Assembly: GCA_016176685.1 (NCBI GenBank)
Contig: JACOWS010000001.1
Location: 78,113-142,112 of the forward strand
Direction of reading: 5' to 3'
DNA: 64,000 bases
Origin: Patescibacteria group bacterium
GTDB taxonomy: Bacteria; Patescibacteriota; Minisyncoccia; Phycocordibacterales; SBAW01
Below are positions 10,091 to 18,635 of this stretch, piece by piece. The notes under the pieces are model-generated. The model made no database searches and had not been told where the DNA came from. It saw only the letters and a program-made list of their open reading frames with translations. A program made the translations under genes and the position numbers. The first letter of the stretch is position 1. Every line of letters begins with the position of its first letter.

Positions 10091-10849
10091 TTAAAGGTAA
10101 TCCAACAGACAGTCATAATTTATAAATTGGAATAATTGATAGCCGTAGGAGATAAGCAGTCCGATTTTCCCGGAGACCAAAAGTATGCCGAGGAACACCA
10201 GGAAGATACCGCCGATAATTGAAATAGCGTTAAGATATTTAGAAATATTTTTGATGTAGCGGGAAGCCGAACCGATGCCAATGGCAATGAGCAAAAACGG
10301 AATTGCCAAACCGGCGGAAAAAACGGTAAGCAGCAGTCCGCCCTGCAGGGCGCTGCCGGAGGTAGACGCTAAAAGTAAAACGGAGCCCAATATCGGCCCA
10401 ACACACGGAGTCCAACCGAAAGAGAAAGCCGATCCGAGGATAAAAGAGTTTATCGGTTTTCCCTGCTTAAAAAGAGCCGGGACTTTCAACTGCTTTTCTC
10501 GCATTAAAAACGGAATTTTCAACACATTCAACATGAACAGCCCGAAGATGATGACAAAAACTCCCCCAATTCTCCCAAGCCACAATCGATACGGGGCGAG
10601 AAACGAGGCCGCGATAAAGCCAACGAGCGTTCCCATAATAATAAAGACTGCACTGAACCCAAGCATAAAGAAGAGACCATTGAGTAAAATTTTCCAGCGC
10701 GCGCGCTTCGCCTTTTCCGGGTCTTTAAGGTCATCCAAGGACGCTCCGCTGATAAACCCTAAATAGCCGGGCACCAACGGGAGAGTGCAGGGCGCCAAAA
10801 AAGTGAGCATACCAGCGATAAAGGCGGGGATGATAAGTGATAAGTCCAT
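10091..10849 (-). CDS. ccdA: cytochrome c biogenesis / thiol-disulfide transporter CcdA (DsbD core) family
   Basis: 6 TM; conserved Cys in TM1 (FLAPCTLPLVPGY) and TM4 (GWTPCVGPILG) diagnostic of CcdA/DsbD-beta. Confidence 0.8.
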   Translation of the reverse strand: MDLSLIIPAFIAGMLTFLAPCTLPLVPGYLGFISGASLDDLKDPEKAKRARWKILLNGLFFMLGFSAVFIIMGTLVGFIAASFLAPYRLWLGRIGGVFVIIFGLFMLNVLKIPFLMREKQLKVPALFKQGKPINSFILGSAFSFGWTPCVGPILGSVLLLASTSGSALQGGLLLTVFSAGLAIPFLLIAIGIGSASRYIKNISKYLNAISIIGGIFLVFLGILLVSGKIGLLISYGYQLFQFINYDCLLDYL

Positions 10850-10864
10850 AATTATTTATCTAAT

Positions 10865-11398
10865 TTATGATGATATTAATTTCTGAATCTTTTGGCGAAT
10901 TTCGTTGATATCCATCGGCCCTCGCTTATGCTCTGCAATGGCGCCGTTCCTGTCAACAAAAATCGTTTCGGGCATTGAAAAACCGCTGATGGCCTGATAA
11001 AACGAATCGCCTTGGTCAAGAAGAAAAATCAAATCATTGCTCGTGCCTTGCATATCGGTGTAACCTTTTGCCACTGCTAGGCTCTCTTGCCTGTTTATCG
11101 CGATAATAACAACTTTGTCGCCGAATTCTTTTTGCGCCGTTACGAAATCCGGAAGTTCTTTTCTGCAAAAAGGGCACCACGCCGCCCAAGCATTGATCAC
11201 CAACGGTTTGCCCGAAAAATCGGCAAGGGTTACTGTTTTTCCATTATAATCTTTCAAGGCAAGATTTTTAATGGATGAATCCAGGCTCACGATGCTTACA
11301 TCGGCGGGTTGACTTGAACTACCGCGCTGGAGAACTATAACGATCACTCCCAAAACAACCGCGACGATCGCAATAGAAATAATTATTTTTGCGTTCAT
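10865..11398 (-). CDS. TlpA/ResA-like thioredoxin-fold thiol-disulfide oxidoreductase, membrane-anchored
   Basis: N-terminal TM anchor; VINAWAAWCPFCRKELP = WCxxC thioredoxin motif. Confidence 0.75.
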   Translation of the reverse strand: MNAKIIISIAIVAVVLGVIVIVLQRGSSSQPADVSIVSLDSSIKNLALKDYNGKTVTLADFSGKPLVINAWAAWCPFCRKELPDFVTAQKEFGDKVVIIAINRQESLAVAKGYTDMQGTSNDLIFLLDQGDSFYQAISGFSMPETIFVDRNGAIAEHKRGPMDINEIRQKIQKLISS

Positions 11399-11423
11399 AG
11401 ATTTTAGAATAGATTATTACAAT

Positions 11424-12452
11424 TCATTGTAATAATTCCGTGTCGGGATGCGCGGCAACCCAGGAAAACCAGAACGAGCCGAACGGATTGATGCGCTCAC
11501 GCGTCCCATCGGCTTTCTTTTCATAGAGGCGAATAGCGTCAATGTCTTTCTCATATTCCGCGATAATTATTTTGCCTTGAAAAGAATCTTCAACTACTCC
11601 AATTTTCTTGACCGCCGTCGGCCAATATGCCTTGGCTTTACCGTCCACCACTATTCCCAAAACAAACTCTTTTTCACTCAGCCGATTATCTTTTTTATCG
11701 ACCGGGAAAAAAGTGCCGGGTGAAGTATAGTAGTCCCCATACGGGTCTTGTCCGTAAAATCTTGCCGCTCCGGTGTCTTGCGAAAGCACCTCGCCATTCG
11801 GATGAAGTTTCCGCCAATCCCCGAATCGAATCTGGTCTGACGGCAAGACTTCAAGCCGCGTTCCGGTCTTTTCTCCAACGATTGCTTCGCCTAAAATCTG
11901 CGACCACAACGAATCGGTTTTGCGGTCATACATTACCAAGTTGGAATTCCAAAGCTTGCCGGATGTGCCGAATTCCACTCGTTCTCCGTCCACCATTGGG
12001 GCAAAAACAATTCCCGACAAACACAGCGGGCAGTAGGTAACGAGCACTCGCCGGCCGTTAATAGTATCGTTGACGATTTCGTGCCACACCAAAATTTGAA
12101 ATGGATAAAAACGGCTCACGTTGTCCATTTCAAGCGCCAGACCGGGCTCGGTGTCTTGCAACTGCTTGCTCGCCTCACTGATAGAAATAAATTTTGGACG
12201 GTCAATGGAGGGAATGCCGTCTTTTGCGGGACCGCCGCCCAGGATAGAATCCAAGGGAACACTATGTTTTACTCCGTTTGTAACCATAATTTCTTTATTT
12301 ACTTCACCGCCGTTGTCTAGAATCGTGATTGTTTCTTCTTTGGCTTCTCCACCTTTCGGCAAAGAAAAATCGTCTCTTATAAATCGCTGCCACAATATAA
12401 CGGCAATCGTCGCGATAAAAATAACTATAATTATTGCGCTACTTTTTTTCAT
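11424..12452 (-). CDS. DUF3179-family exported protein
   Basis: N-terminal anchor; GGGPAKDGIPSIDRPKF and YCPLC segments characteristic of DUF3179. Confidence 0.55.
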   Translation of the reverse strand: MKKSSAIIIVIFIATIAVILWQRFIRDDFSLPKGGEAKEETITILDNGGEVNKEIMVTNGVKHSVPLDSILGGGPAKDGIPSIDRPKFISISEASKQLQDTEPGLALEMDNVSRFYPFQILVWHEIVNDTINGRRVLVTYCPLCLSGIVFAPMVDGERVEFGTSGKLWNSNLVMYDRKTDSLWSQILGEAIVGEKTGTRLEVLPSDQIRFGDWRKLHPNGEVLSQDTGAARFYGQDPYGDYYTSPGTFFPVDKKDNRLSEKEFVLGIVVDGKAKAYWPTAVKKIGVVEDSFQGKIIIAEYEKDIDAIRLYEKKADGTRERINPFGSFWFSWVAAHPDTELLQ

Positions 12453-12654
12453 GGATTTTTTCCCAAAGTTCTAACCCTCTTCGGAACAGTCTCCAGTCTT
12501 TGCCAAGACATTTTAAGCAACTCCCAAAACGTTCGCCCGCTTTTAAATATTGTTTATTACCGCAGGGCACGCATATATAAAGACCGTCCTCAGGTACCGT
12601 TGCCCCTACTTTATACGTATCTGCTTGATTTTGTTTTCTTGAAAATAATTTCAT
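12439..12654 (-). CDS. small zinc-ribbon protein
   Basis: CVPC-x14-CLKC four-Cys ribbon; 14-nt overlap with downstream gene. Confidence 0.4.
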   Translation of the reverse strand: MKLFSRKQNQADTYKVGATVPEDGLYICVPCGNKQYLKAGERFGSCLKCLGKDWRLFRRGLELWEKIHEKK

Positions 12655-12666
12655 TGATGTATAGGT

Positions 12667-13173
12667 TTAATTGATAAGCGAGGTAATATCTGATTCCTGG
12701 ATATCTCCGGGAATAGTACGAACAAGGTTACCGTTTATATCTATCAGAAGATGGGTATTGGTGTACTGAATGCCGAAAGCGCGCGAGATGCGGCCGCTAG
12801 GATCAAGCGCGATGGGGAACGTAATGCCTTTTGTTGCGATAAATTTTTCTATGGTTGACTCTGATTCCTGAAGATTAACCCCGACAACCTCCACCTTATC
12901 CTTGTATTTTTCATAAAAACGATTAAGGTTCGGCATATCGCGGCGGCAGTTTGGACACCACGAAGCCCAAAAATCAACCACGACTGGTTTCTTTCCCCTA
13001 AACTCCGCGAGTGTTATCGTGCCACCACCCAACTTCTGTAGCGTAAAATCCGAAACGGCGGCAGTATGCACTGAAGCGGTACCGGGAGTGGCATTGCTAC
13101 TGGAGAATTTGCCGAACACCAAAAGACCTACCACAACCACCACTACGCCCACGATAAGAAATTTTGTACTCAT
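12667..13173 (-). CDS. TlpA/ResA-like thioredoxin-fold thiol-disulfide oxidoreductase, membrane-anchored (second copy)
   Basis: N-terminal TM; VVDFWASWCPNCRRDMP WCxxC motif. Confidence 0.75.
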   Translation of the reverse strand: MSTKFLIVGVVVVVVGLLVFGKFSSSNATPGTASVHTAAVSDFTLQKLGGGTITLAEFRGKKPVVVDFWASWCPNCRRDMPNLNRFYEKYKDKVEVVGVNLQESESTIEKFIATKGITFPIALDPSGRISRAFGIQYTNTHLLIDINGNLVRTIPGDIQESDITSLIN

Positions 13174-13184
13174 ATGCTTGGACT

Positions 13185-13421
13185 TTACGTAATCCCCAAA
13201 AGCTTTCGAAGTTTTGGCTCGTCAAAACCCGTTACCATCTCATTATCGACCAAAATGACCGGTACGCCCATTTGGCCACTTTTTTGAATCATTTCATCAC
13301 GTCTCGCAGAATCTTCCGAAACGTCATAGTCAGTGAACGCAATAGTGTGTTCCTTGAAAAATTCTTTAGTCGCATGACAGAAGTGACACGTTGGCGTTGA
13401 ATACATAATTACGTTTTTCAT
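13185..13421 (-). CDS. glutaredoxin/NrdH-like redoxin
   Basis: MYSTPTCHFCHATKEFF CxxC at the N-terminus of a ~78-aa thioredoxin fold; GVPVILVDNE motif. Confidence 0.7.
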   Translation of the reverse strand: MKNVIMYSTPTCHFCHATKEFFKEHTIAFTDYDVSEDSARRDEMIQKSGQMGVPVILVDNEMVTGFDEPKLRKLLGIT

Positions 13422-13466
13422 AGTGTTTTTAAGTTATTTTTTAATTACATTACTTTGATAATTCTT

Positions 13467-14057
13467 TTACTCACGGGCCTTTTTCAATGCTCGTGCCCAC
13501 CACAAAAGCTGGGTGATCATGGTTTCTGCTTTCTTTGACTGCGAAGCAAATAGGTCTTTAGCTTCCGTCTTGCCGAATACCACTGGAAAATACTGTTCAC
13601 CCGGAATGTGTACGGCCGCTCGGATAGGTGCCATTTGAAGCTCGATGGCATTCATGCGCAACTGTTCAATGGCGCGCGCACCTCCGGCGCTACCATAACT
13701 CACAAAGGCAACCGTCTTGTTATTCCATTCCGGATACACCCAATCCAGCGCGTTTTTTAGCACGCCGGATGTTCCGTGGTTGTATTCGGGCGTGACGATG
13801 ACAAAAGCATCGCCTTCTTCTATTTTTTTGGTAAAACGCGCGACCGCTTCGTTTTTATATGGTTCTTGTTTGAATGACGGACTTACTGCTTCATTAAAAA
13901 ATGGCATTTCGTAGTCGCGCAAGTCAAGCACTTCAACCACGACCCCTTCCTGTTTCCCGATTTCTTCGGCAATCCACAGAGCAGCCTTGTCACTAAATCG
14001 ACCCTCACGAGTGCTACCGGCAATTACTTTAATAGTAAGTGATGCGTTGTTTTTCAT
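13467..14057 (-). CDS. NADPH-dependent FMN reductase family protein
   Basis: IKVIAGSTREGRFS and VIVTPEYNHGTSGVLKNALDW are signature segments of the FMN_red (ArsH/ChrR/YieF) family. Confidence 0.75.
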   Translation of the reverse strand: MKNNASLTIKVIAGSTREGRFSDKAALWIAEEIGKQEGVVVEVLDLRDYEMPFFNEAVSPSFKQEPYKNEAVARFTKKIEEGDAFVIVTPEYNHGTSGVLKNALDWVYPEWNNKTVAFVSYGSAGGARAIEQLRMNAIELQMAPIRAAVHIPGEQYFPVVFGKTEAKDLFASQSKKAETMITQLLWWARALKKARE

Positions 14058-14064
14058 ATTACTT

Positions 14065-14373
14065 TTACATTACACTGATAATCTTCTTAATTTTTGGGTC
14101 CTCTATCTTTGGCCTGTAGCACATCATCTGCCCCATCTTTTCGCCCTCGATCATTCTCGACATCTCAAGTATCCGCAGGTGTTGCGATACTGCCGATACT
14201 GAAATATCCAGGACATTGGCAAGGTCGGTGACACACAATTCCCCTTGTTCGATAAGAAGTTTTATAATAAGAAAGCGATTCTGGTCTCCAAGCAAACCAA
14301 ACACATCGACCAAAGAAGTGCTTTGTGCCTTAAGGGTTTCCTTAATTTTTGATATTTGCGCTGGTTCTAACAT
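14065..14373 (-). CDS. ArsR/SmtB-family metalloregulatory transcription factor
   Basis: winged HTH LIIKLLIEQGELCVTDLANVLDISVSAVSQHLRILE; first gene of the minus-strand redox operon. Confidence 0.75.
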   Translation of the reverse strand: MLEPAQISKIKETLKAQSTSLVDVFGLLGDQNRFLIIKLLIEQGELCVTDLANVLDISVSAVSQHLRILEMSRMIEGEKMGQMMCYRPKIEDPKIKKIISVM

Positions 14374-14473
14374 ATTTAAGTATTTGCGTTAATGCTTAAA
14401 TATTACTCCCACCCATAACAATAGTCAAATCCATCATGTGGATAACCGAACCGTACCATTCGCTTCGCTACTA

Positions 14474-14545
14474 TCCTCTCGGCAGGAATCGAACCTGCAT
14501 CGCCTCCTTCGGAGGGAGGTATCTTATCCATTAGACTACGAGAGG
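14474..14545 (-). tRNA. tRNA-Arg (anticodon CCG)
   Basis: reverse complement folds as CCTCTCG/CGAGAGG acceptor, D-arm GTCT..AGAT, anticodon stem CCTCC/GGAGG with loop CTCCGAA, T-arm GCAGG-TTCGATT-CCTGC; CCA not encoded. Confidence 0.85.
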
Positions 14546-14585
14546 TCTCTGCGTAAGAGTACCTACGCCTTGAGTCAGCCCACAG

Positions 14586-14825
14586 CTAGGCAAGCATCCG
14601 CGCTACCTTGGCCTTGCGGCGGGCGGCGGTGTTCTTCTTTATGATGCCTCGCTTCTGCGCTTTGTCTATCGCTTTGTAGGCAGCGGCGAGCGCCGCTGTG
14701 TCGCCCTGCTTTGCGCTGCGCGCCGCTTTGAGCGCGGCGCGCAGCGCGTCTTTGCGCGCATCATTAAACACCTTGCGGCGCAAACTTTGGCGGTAGGCTT
14801 TTTTAGCTGACGATGTAATTGCCAT
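14586..14825 (-). CDS. rpsT: 30S ribosomal protein bS20
   Basis: MAITSSAKKAYRQSLRRKVFN...GIIKKNTAARRKAKVARM aligns with S20 (SAKKR..HKN.AAR.K). Confidence 0.85.
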   Translation of the reverse strand: MAITSSAKKAYRQSLRRKVFNDARKDALRAALKAARSAKQGDTAALAAAYKAIDKAQKRGIIKKNTAARRKAKVARMLA

Positions 14826-14901
14826 GAGCCCATACAGTACCCCATAAAGATGCCGAGGGCAAGAAAGTGACGTTTTGCGCAGGACAACCTATAGTGGAGG
14901 G

Positions 14902-15489
14902 ATGATAGGCAAGCTCACCGGGATATTCTGCGGCACCACCCCCGAGGGGGCTGCCATTGTAGAGGTGGGCGGAGTTGGCTACGCGGTGCGGGTGCCGCTT
15001 GCGACGCTGAACAGTATGCACGCAGACCGCAAAACCTTTTCTCTTTTTATACATACCGCGGTGCGCGAAGACGCGATAGACCTCTATGGCTTCCCCACCG
15101 AAGAGGAGTTGGCATTTTTTAAAGAGCTCTTGGGAGTGTCGTCCATCGGCCCCAAAACGGCGCTCGGCATACTCAACATAGCCGACGTCGCGACATTAAA
15201 GCGCGGCATCGCCGCGGGCGATGCCGCCATACTTACCAAAGTGTACGGCATCGGCAAAAAAAGCGCGGAGCGCATTGTGGTGGAATTGCGCGACAAGCTC
15301 GCGAACGAAAGCAGGGCCCGCGGCGAAAAGGTTGGCACGAGCGAAGATGCCGAGGTCATAGAGGCCTTATTGGCGCTTGGTTACGGCGCGGCCGAAAGCC
15401 GCCAGGCGCTAAAAAAAGTCGATCAAGAGCTTGTCGGGGTGCGCGAGCGCCTTTCGGCGACGCTCAAAAAGCTCGGCTCGGCCTCATAG
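14902..15489 (+). CDS. ruvA: Holliday junction DNA helicase RuvA
   Basis: MIGKLTGIF...VGGVGYAVRVP...DLYGFPTEEELAFFKELLGVSSIGPKTALGIL...LTKVYGIGKKSAERIVVEL matches RuvA domains I-III. Confidence 0.85.
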   Translation: MIGKLTGIFCGTTPEGAAIVEVGGVGYAVRVPLATLNSMHADRKTFSLFIHTAVREDAIDLYGFPTEEELAFFKELLGVSSIGPKTALGILNIADVATLKRGIAAGDAAILTKVYGIGKKSAERIVVELRDKLANESRARGEKVGTSEDAEVIEALLALGYGAAESRQALKKVDQELVGVRERLSATLKKLGSAS

Positions 15490-15494
15490 GCGAT

Positions 15495-16781
15495 ATGCTG
15501 AAAGAACTGGTAAAAAAACTCATACCGACCCCGCTACTGGAGCGATACCACTACGCACTCGCGGTGTTGGGGACACTCGTGTATCGCAACCCGTCGCACA
15601 AACTGATGGTCATAGCGGTCACCGGCACCAAGGGCAAGTCAACGGTGGTTGAGCTTATCCGGGCGATATTTACCGAGGCCGGCTACACCGTGGCAGTGGC
15701 AAACACTATCCGATTTGCCATAGGGGGCGAGAGCGAGCCGAACCTTTTTAAAATGACCATGCCGGGGCGCTTTTACTTGCAAAAGTTTTTACACAAGGCG
15801 GTTGCGGCAGGCGCCACGCATGCGGTTATAGAAATGACCTCGGAGGGGGCGCGCCAACATCGGCATGTCGGCATAGAGCTCGACGCACTGGTGTTTTTGA
15901 ACCTGCAACGCGAGCATATAGAGTCGCACGGCAGCATGGAGCAGTATGCGGAGGCAAAATTATCCTTGGCGCGGCATCTTGAGACCTCTAGCAAGCGGCC
16001 GCGGTTTATTATCGCCAATGCCGACGACCCCTCTGCCAAACGTTTTCTGGAAGCAGAGGTCGAGGTACGCGCACCCTTTTCGCTTAAAGATGCCGAGCCA
16101 TACGCCGTTGACGAGCGAAACGTGCGCTTTGTGTGGCGGCCCACCGCTTCCAGCGGGGCCCCGCCAACGGCGGTGGGCGGCGAGCTGTTTGCGGTGCCAT
16201 TGCCCGGGCTCTTCAACCTCTACAACATGCTGGCGGCCATAACCCTGGCAAGCGAGCTGGGTATACCCGTGGCAGTTATTAAAAAAGCGCTGGAGCACAT
16301 AGGCCCCATCCCCGGCCGAGCCGAGCGGGTAGAGAAGGGACAGAAGTTTGCGGTCGTGGTTGATTACGCACACACGCCGGACTCTTTGCACGCTTTGTAC
16401 GAAACATATAAAGAGAGTCGCATCATCGCGGTCTTGGGTTCAACCGGCGGCGGCCGCGATACCTGGAAGCGCCCGGAGATGGGCACGTTGGCCGACGAGT
16501 ATGCCGCGGTGGCGATACTTACCAACGAGGACCCGTACGACGAAGACCCGCAAAAAATCGTGCAAGAAATTGCTAAAGGGTTTAGCAAGAAAAAGCCGCA
16601 CATCATACTCAACCGGCGCGCCGCCGTGCGAGAGGCACTGCGCGAGGCCCATGCAGGCGACGCCGTTTTAATAACCGGCAAGGGCACGGACCCCTACATC
16701 ATGGGGCCGCGAGGCGCTAAAGAGCCCTGGAGCGATAAAAAAGTGGTGGAGGAAGAGTTGGCAAAACTGGGGTATCATTAG
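15495..16781 (+). CDS. murE: Mur ligase family protein, probably UDP-MurNAc-tripeptide synthetase MurE
   Basis: VTGTKGKST P-loop, DYAHTPDSL motif, C-terminal LITGKG; shorter (428 aa) than typical MurE. Confidence 0.65.
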   Translation: MLKELVKKLIPTPLLERYHYALAVLGTLVYRNPSHKLMVIAVTGTKGKSTVVELIRAIFTEAGYTVAVANTIRFAIGGESEPNLFKMTMPGRFYLQKFLHKAVAAGATHAVIEMTSEGARQHRHVGIELDALVFLNLQREHIESHGSMEQYAEAKLSLARHLETSSKRPRFIIANADDPSAKRFLEAEVEVRAPFSLKDAEPYAVDERNVRFVWRPTASSGAPPTAVGGELFAVPLPGLFNLYNMLAAITLASELGIPVAVIKKALEHIGPIPGRAERVEKGQKFAVVVDYAHTPDSLHALYETYKESRIIAVLGSTGGGRDTWKRPEMGTLADEYAAVAILTNEDPYDEDPQKIVQEIAKGFSKKKPHIILNRRAAVREALREAHAGDAVLITGKGTDPYIMGPRGAKEPWSDKKVVEEELAKLGYH

Positions 16782-16786
16782 CATAT

Positions 16787-17185
16787 ATGTTGAGCGACTT
16801 CCCACAACTTTTGGCGTACGGGTTTTTTGCACCCACGCTCCTGCGCGCGGCGGCGGCGTTTGTGTTTTTTTACCTGGCGTACTACCACTTTAAGCATAAA
16901 GAGCAGATAGCCCACACCCGCTTCCCTGTGGTGGGTGAAGGGGTTTGGATAGCGTGGTTTGCCGTTGCGGTTGAGTTTTCCCTCGCGGCGGCACTGCTTC
17001 TGGGCTGGCATACACAAGTAGCATCGGCGTTTGGTGTCGTTGTGGCATTTAAACAGCTATTTTGGCACGGGAAGTATCCAGGCTTTTTTGTGTTTTCGCG
17101 CTCCACATCATTCCTCCTCTTGGCCGTCTGCGCCTCGCTTTTGGTAAGCGGCGCCGGCGCGCTTGCGCAAGACCTGCCGCTGTAA
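16787..17185 (+). CDS. DoxX-like small membrane protein
   Basis: 132 aa, 4 TM helices. Confidence 0.4.
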   Translation: MLSDFPQLLAYGFFAPTLLRAAAAFVFFYLAYYHFKHKEQIAHTRFPVVGEGVWIAWFAVAVEFSLAAALLLGWHTQVASAFGVVVAFKQLFWHGKYPGFFVFSRSTSFLLLAVCASLLVSGAGALAQDLPL

Positions 17186-17282
17186 AACGGATGGGAAATG
17201 CGAGCAGGCCGAAAAAAAGTGAGTAGGACTTGGCCTAGCGGCCCGGAGTGCTCACTTTTTCTGGCCTGTCCGCCCTTTCCAC

Positions 17283-17783
17283 ATGATTTTAATTCTCCAC
17301 AACATACGTAGTGTCCATAATGTTGGTTCTATATTCCGCACGGCGGATGCCGCCCTCGGCCGTAGCCATACGGGCGAGGCGGGAGCTTCTAAAATAATTT
17401 TGAGCGGCTACACGCCGGGACCCACCGACCGCTTTGGCTACCCAAGAAAAGACTTCACAAAAGTGTCGCTTGGCGCGGAAAATATGGTGGCTTGGGAACA
17501 AACAAAAACGCTTGGCGCGGCAATAAAAAAACTTAAAAAAGAAAACTGCTACGTGGTTGCTGTCGAGCAGGACAAAAGCGCCACTTCCCTCTTTACCTAC
17601 AAGCCGCCTAAAAATAAAAAACTTGCGCTTGTTTTAGGCAACGAGGTCCGCGGCCTTTCCAAAAGTGCGCTTAACCTGTGCGACGCAATTGTAGAAATCC
17701 CCATGCGCGGCAGCAAGGAGTCTTTAAATGTTTCCGTCGCCGCCGGTGTGGCGATGTTTGCACTGATACATTTGACAACTTAG
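17283..17783 (+). CDS. SpoU/TrmH-family (SPOUT) RNA 2'-O-methyltransferase
   Basis: LVLGNEVRGLS ... SLNVSVAAGVAMFAL trefoil-knot SAM-binding motifs. Confidence 0.8.
   Translation: MILILHNIRSVHNVGSIFRTADAALGRSHTGEAGASKIILSGYTPGPTDRFGYPRKDFTKVSLGAENMVAWEQTKTLGAAIKKLKKENCYVVAVEQDKSATSLFTYKPPKNKKLALVLGNEVRGLSKSALNLCDAIVEIPMRGSKESLNVSVAAGVAMFALIHLTT
17721..17765 (+). repeat. direct repeat copy 1 (15 codons SLNVSVAAGVAMFAL, 3' end of trmH-like gene)
   Basis: 45 nt repeated at 18423-18467 with only synonymous differences (tta/ctc, aat/aac, gtt/gtc). Confidence 0.8.
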
Positions 17784-17799
17784 CATATTACTGTACAAT
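17772..17799 (+). promoter_or_regulatory. sigma-70-like promoter (TTGACA-16-TACAAT)
   Basis: TTGACA 17772-17777 and TACAAT 17794-17799, 16-nt spacer, about 40 nt upstream of ATG 17840 with GGAGGGGG RBS. Confidence 0.4.
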
Positions 17800-17839
17800 A
17801 CTTCATTGGTTGAACATGAACAAACCCTTGGAGGGGGCC

Positions 17840-18371
17840 ATGACCAAGCAGCCGACGAAAGACATCCGAGTGGAGGTAAGTGTGCGTAATAATCTCCTTC
17901 TCACCGCGATGGAGGAGAGGGGGATCAAAAGTGTAAAAGAGCTATGGCGACAGCTTGGGGTGCCTGCTTCATACAGTCAGCTCGCCCTGCTCGCCGCGAT
18001 GAAGATCGCGGCTCGTAAAAACAACGGCGATTGGCTGGGCATAGCCCATAGGCTGGCAGATTTTTTCCGATGCTTGCCTGAGGACCTCTTTAGTGAACCT
18101 CAGCAATATGAGGCACTGAAAAAGAACCGCGCGAGAGCGCGTCATTCGTTTGCGCTTTGGATTTGAAACCGGGGAAGGAAAAACCCTGCAAGAAATCGGG
18201 GAAAAGATGGGGTTGTCCCCTTCCCGCGTAGCCCAAATAGAGCACGAAGCTCTGCGAAAGCTTAAAGGTGGTGCCGGGTACAGAAACCTTTTAATGGCGG
18301 GACTGAAGGAAGTTCGCCGCTCCGGATACCGAACCCTTAGGCCAGATGATGAGGTGCTCAAAGCCCTCTAA
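17840..18371 (+). pseudogene. frameshifted gene for a small protein with C-terminal sigma-70 region-4 HTH
   Basis: frame 1 (17840-18166) ends ...RARHSFALWI*; overlapping frame 2 (from 18150) reads RFGFETGEGKTLQEIGEKMGLSPSRVAQIEHEALRKLK, the canonical LRFG...TL.EIG....S.ERVRQIE.KALRKL region 4.2; a 1-nt frameshift near 18150-18166 separates them. Confidence 0.5.
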
Positions 18372-18389
18372 GAGTCGGTAAGATTCGAA

Positions 18390-18424
18390 ACTCGCTACCA
18401 ACAAATGGTAGCGAGTCTTTTTTC
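18390..18424 (+). terminator. rho-independent terminator
   Basis: ACTCGCTACCA-ACAA-ATGGTAGCGAGT hairpin followed by CTTTTTTCTCTC. Confidence 0.55.
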
Positions 18425-18467
18425 TCTCAACGTCTCCGTCGCCGCCGGTGTGGCGATGTTTGCACTA
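18423..18467 (+). repeat. direct repeat copy 2 (encodes the same 15 aa then LN-stop)
   Basis: see copy 1; lies just after the cassette terminator and 95 nt before tRNA-Lys. Confidence 0.8.
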
Positions 18468-18561
18468 CTAAACTAACATTAGCCCTCTCCAGTACAGAAA
18501 AGAAGGAGGTTGAAGCGTGGGGTGGCGACTCGAACCTGTGTCTGGTATAATATTACGGTAA

Positions 18562-18634
18562 CCGCCCGTAGCTCAGTTGGTAGAGCAGGAACCTTTTAAG
18601 TTCAAGGTCGCAGGTTCGATCCCTGCCGGGCGGA
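18562..18634 (+). tRNA. tRNA-Lys (anticodon TTT)
   Basis: CCGCCCG/CGGGCGG acceptor, GCTC-AGTTGGTA-GAGC D-arm, anticodon loop CTTTTAA, GCAGG-TTCGATC-CCTGC T-arm; close to E. coli tRNA-Lys body. Confidence 0.85.
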
Positions 18635-18635
18635 C

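Noticed and set aside
18505-18535. tRNA 3'-end-like fragment GGTGGCGACTCGAACC on the minus strand between repeat copy 2 and tRNA-Lys
   Set aside because: It has a T-loop-like TTCGAGT, but the flanking bases cannot form a T-stem or a 7-bp acceptor with any nearby sequence. At most it is a decayed tRNA remnant and is not called.
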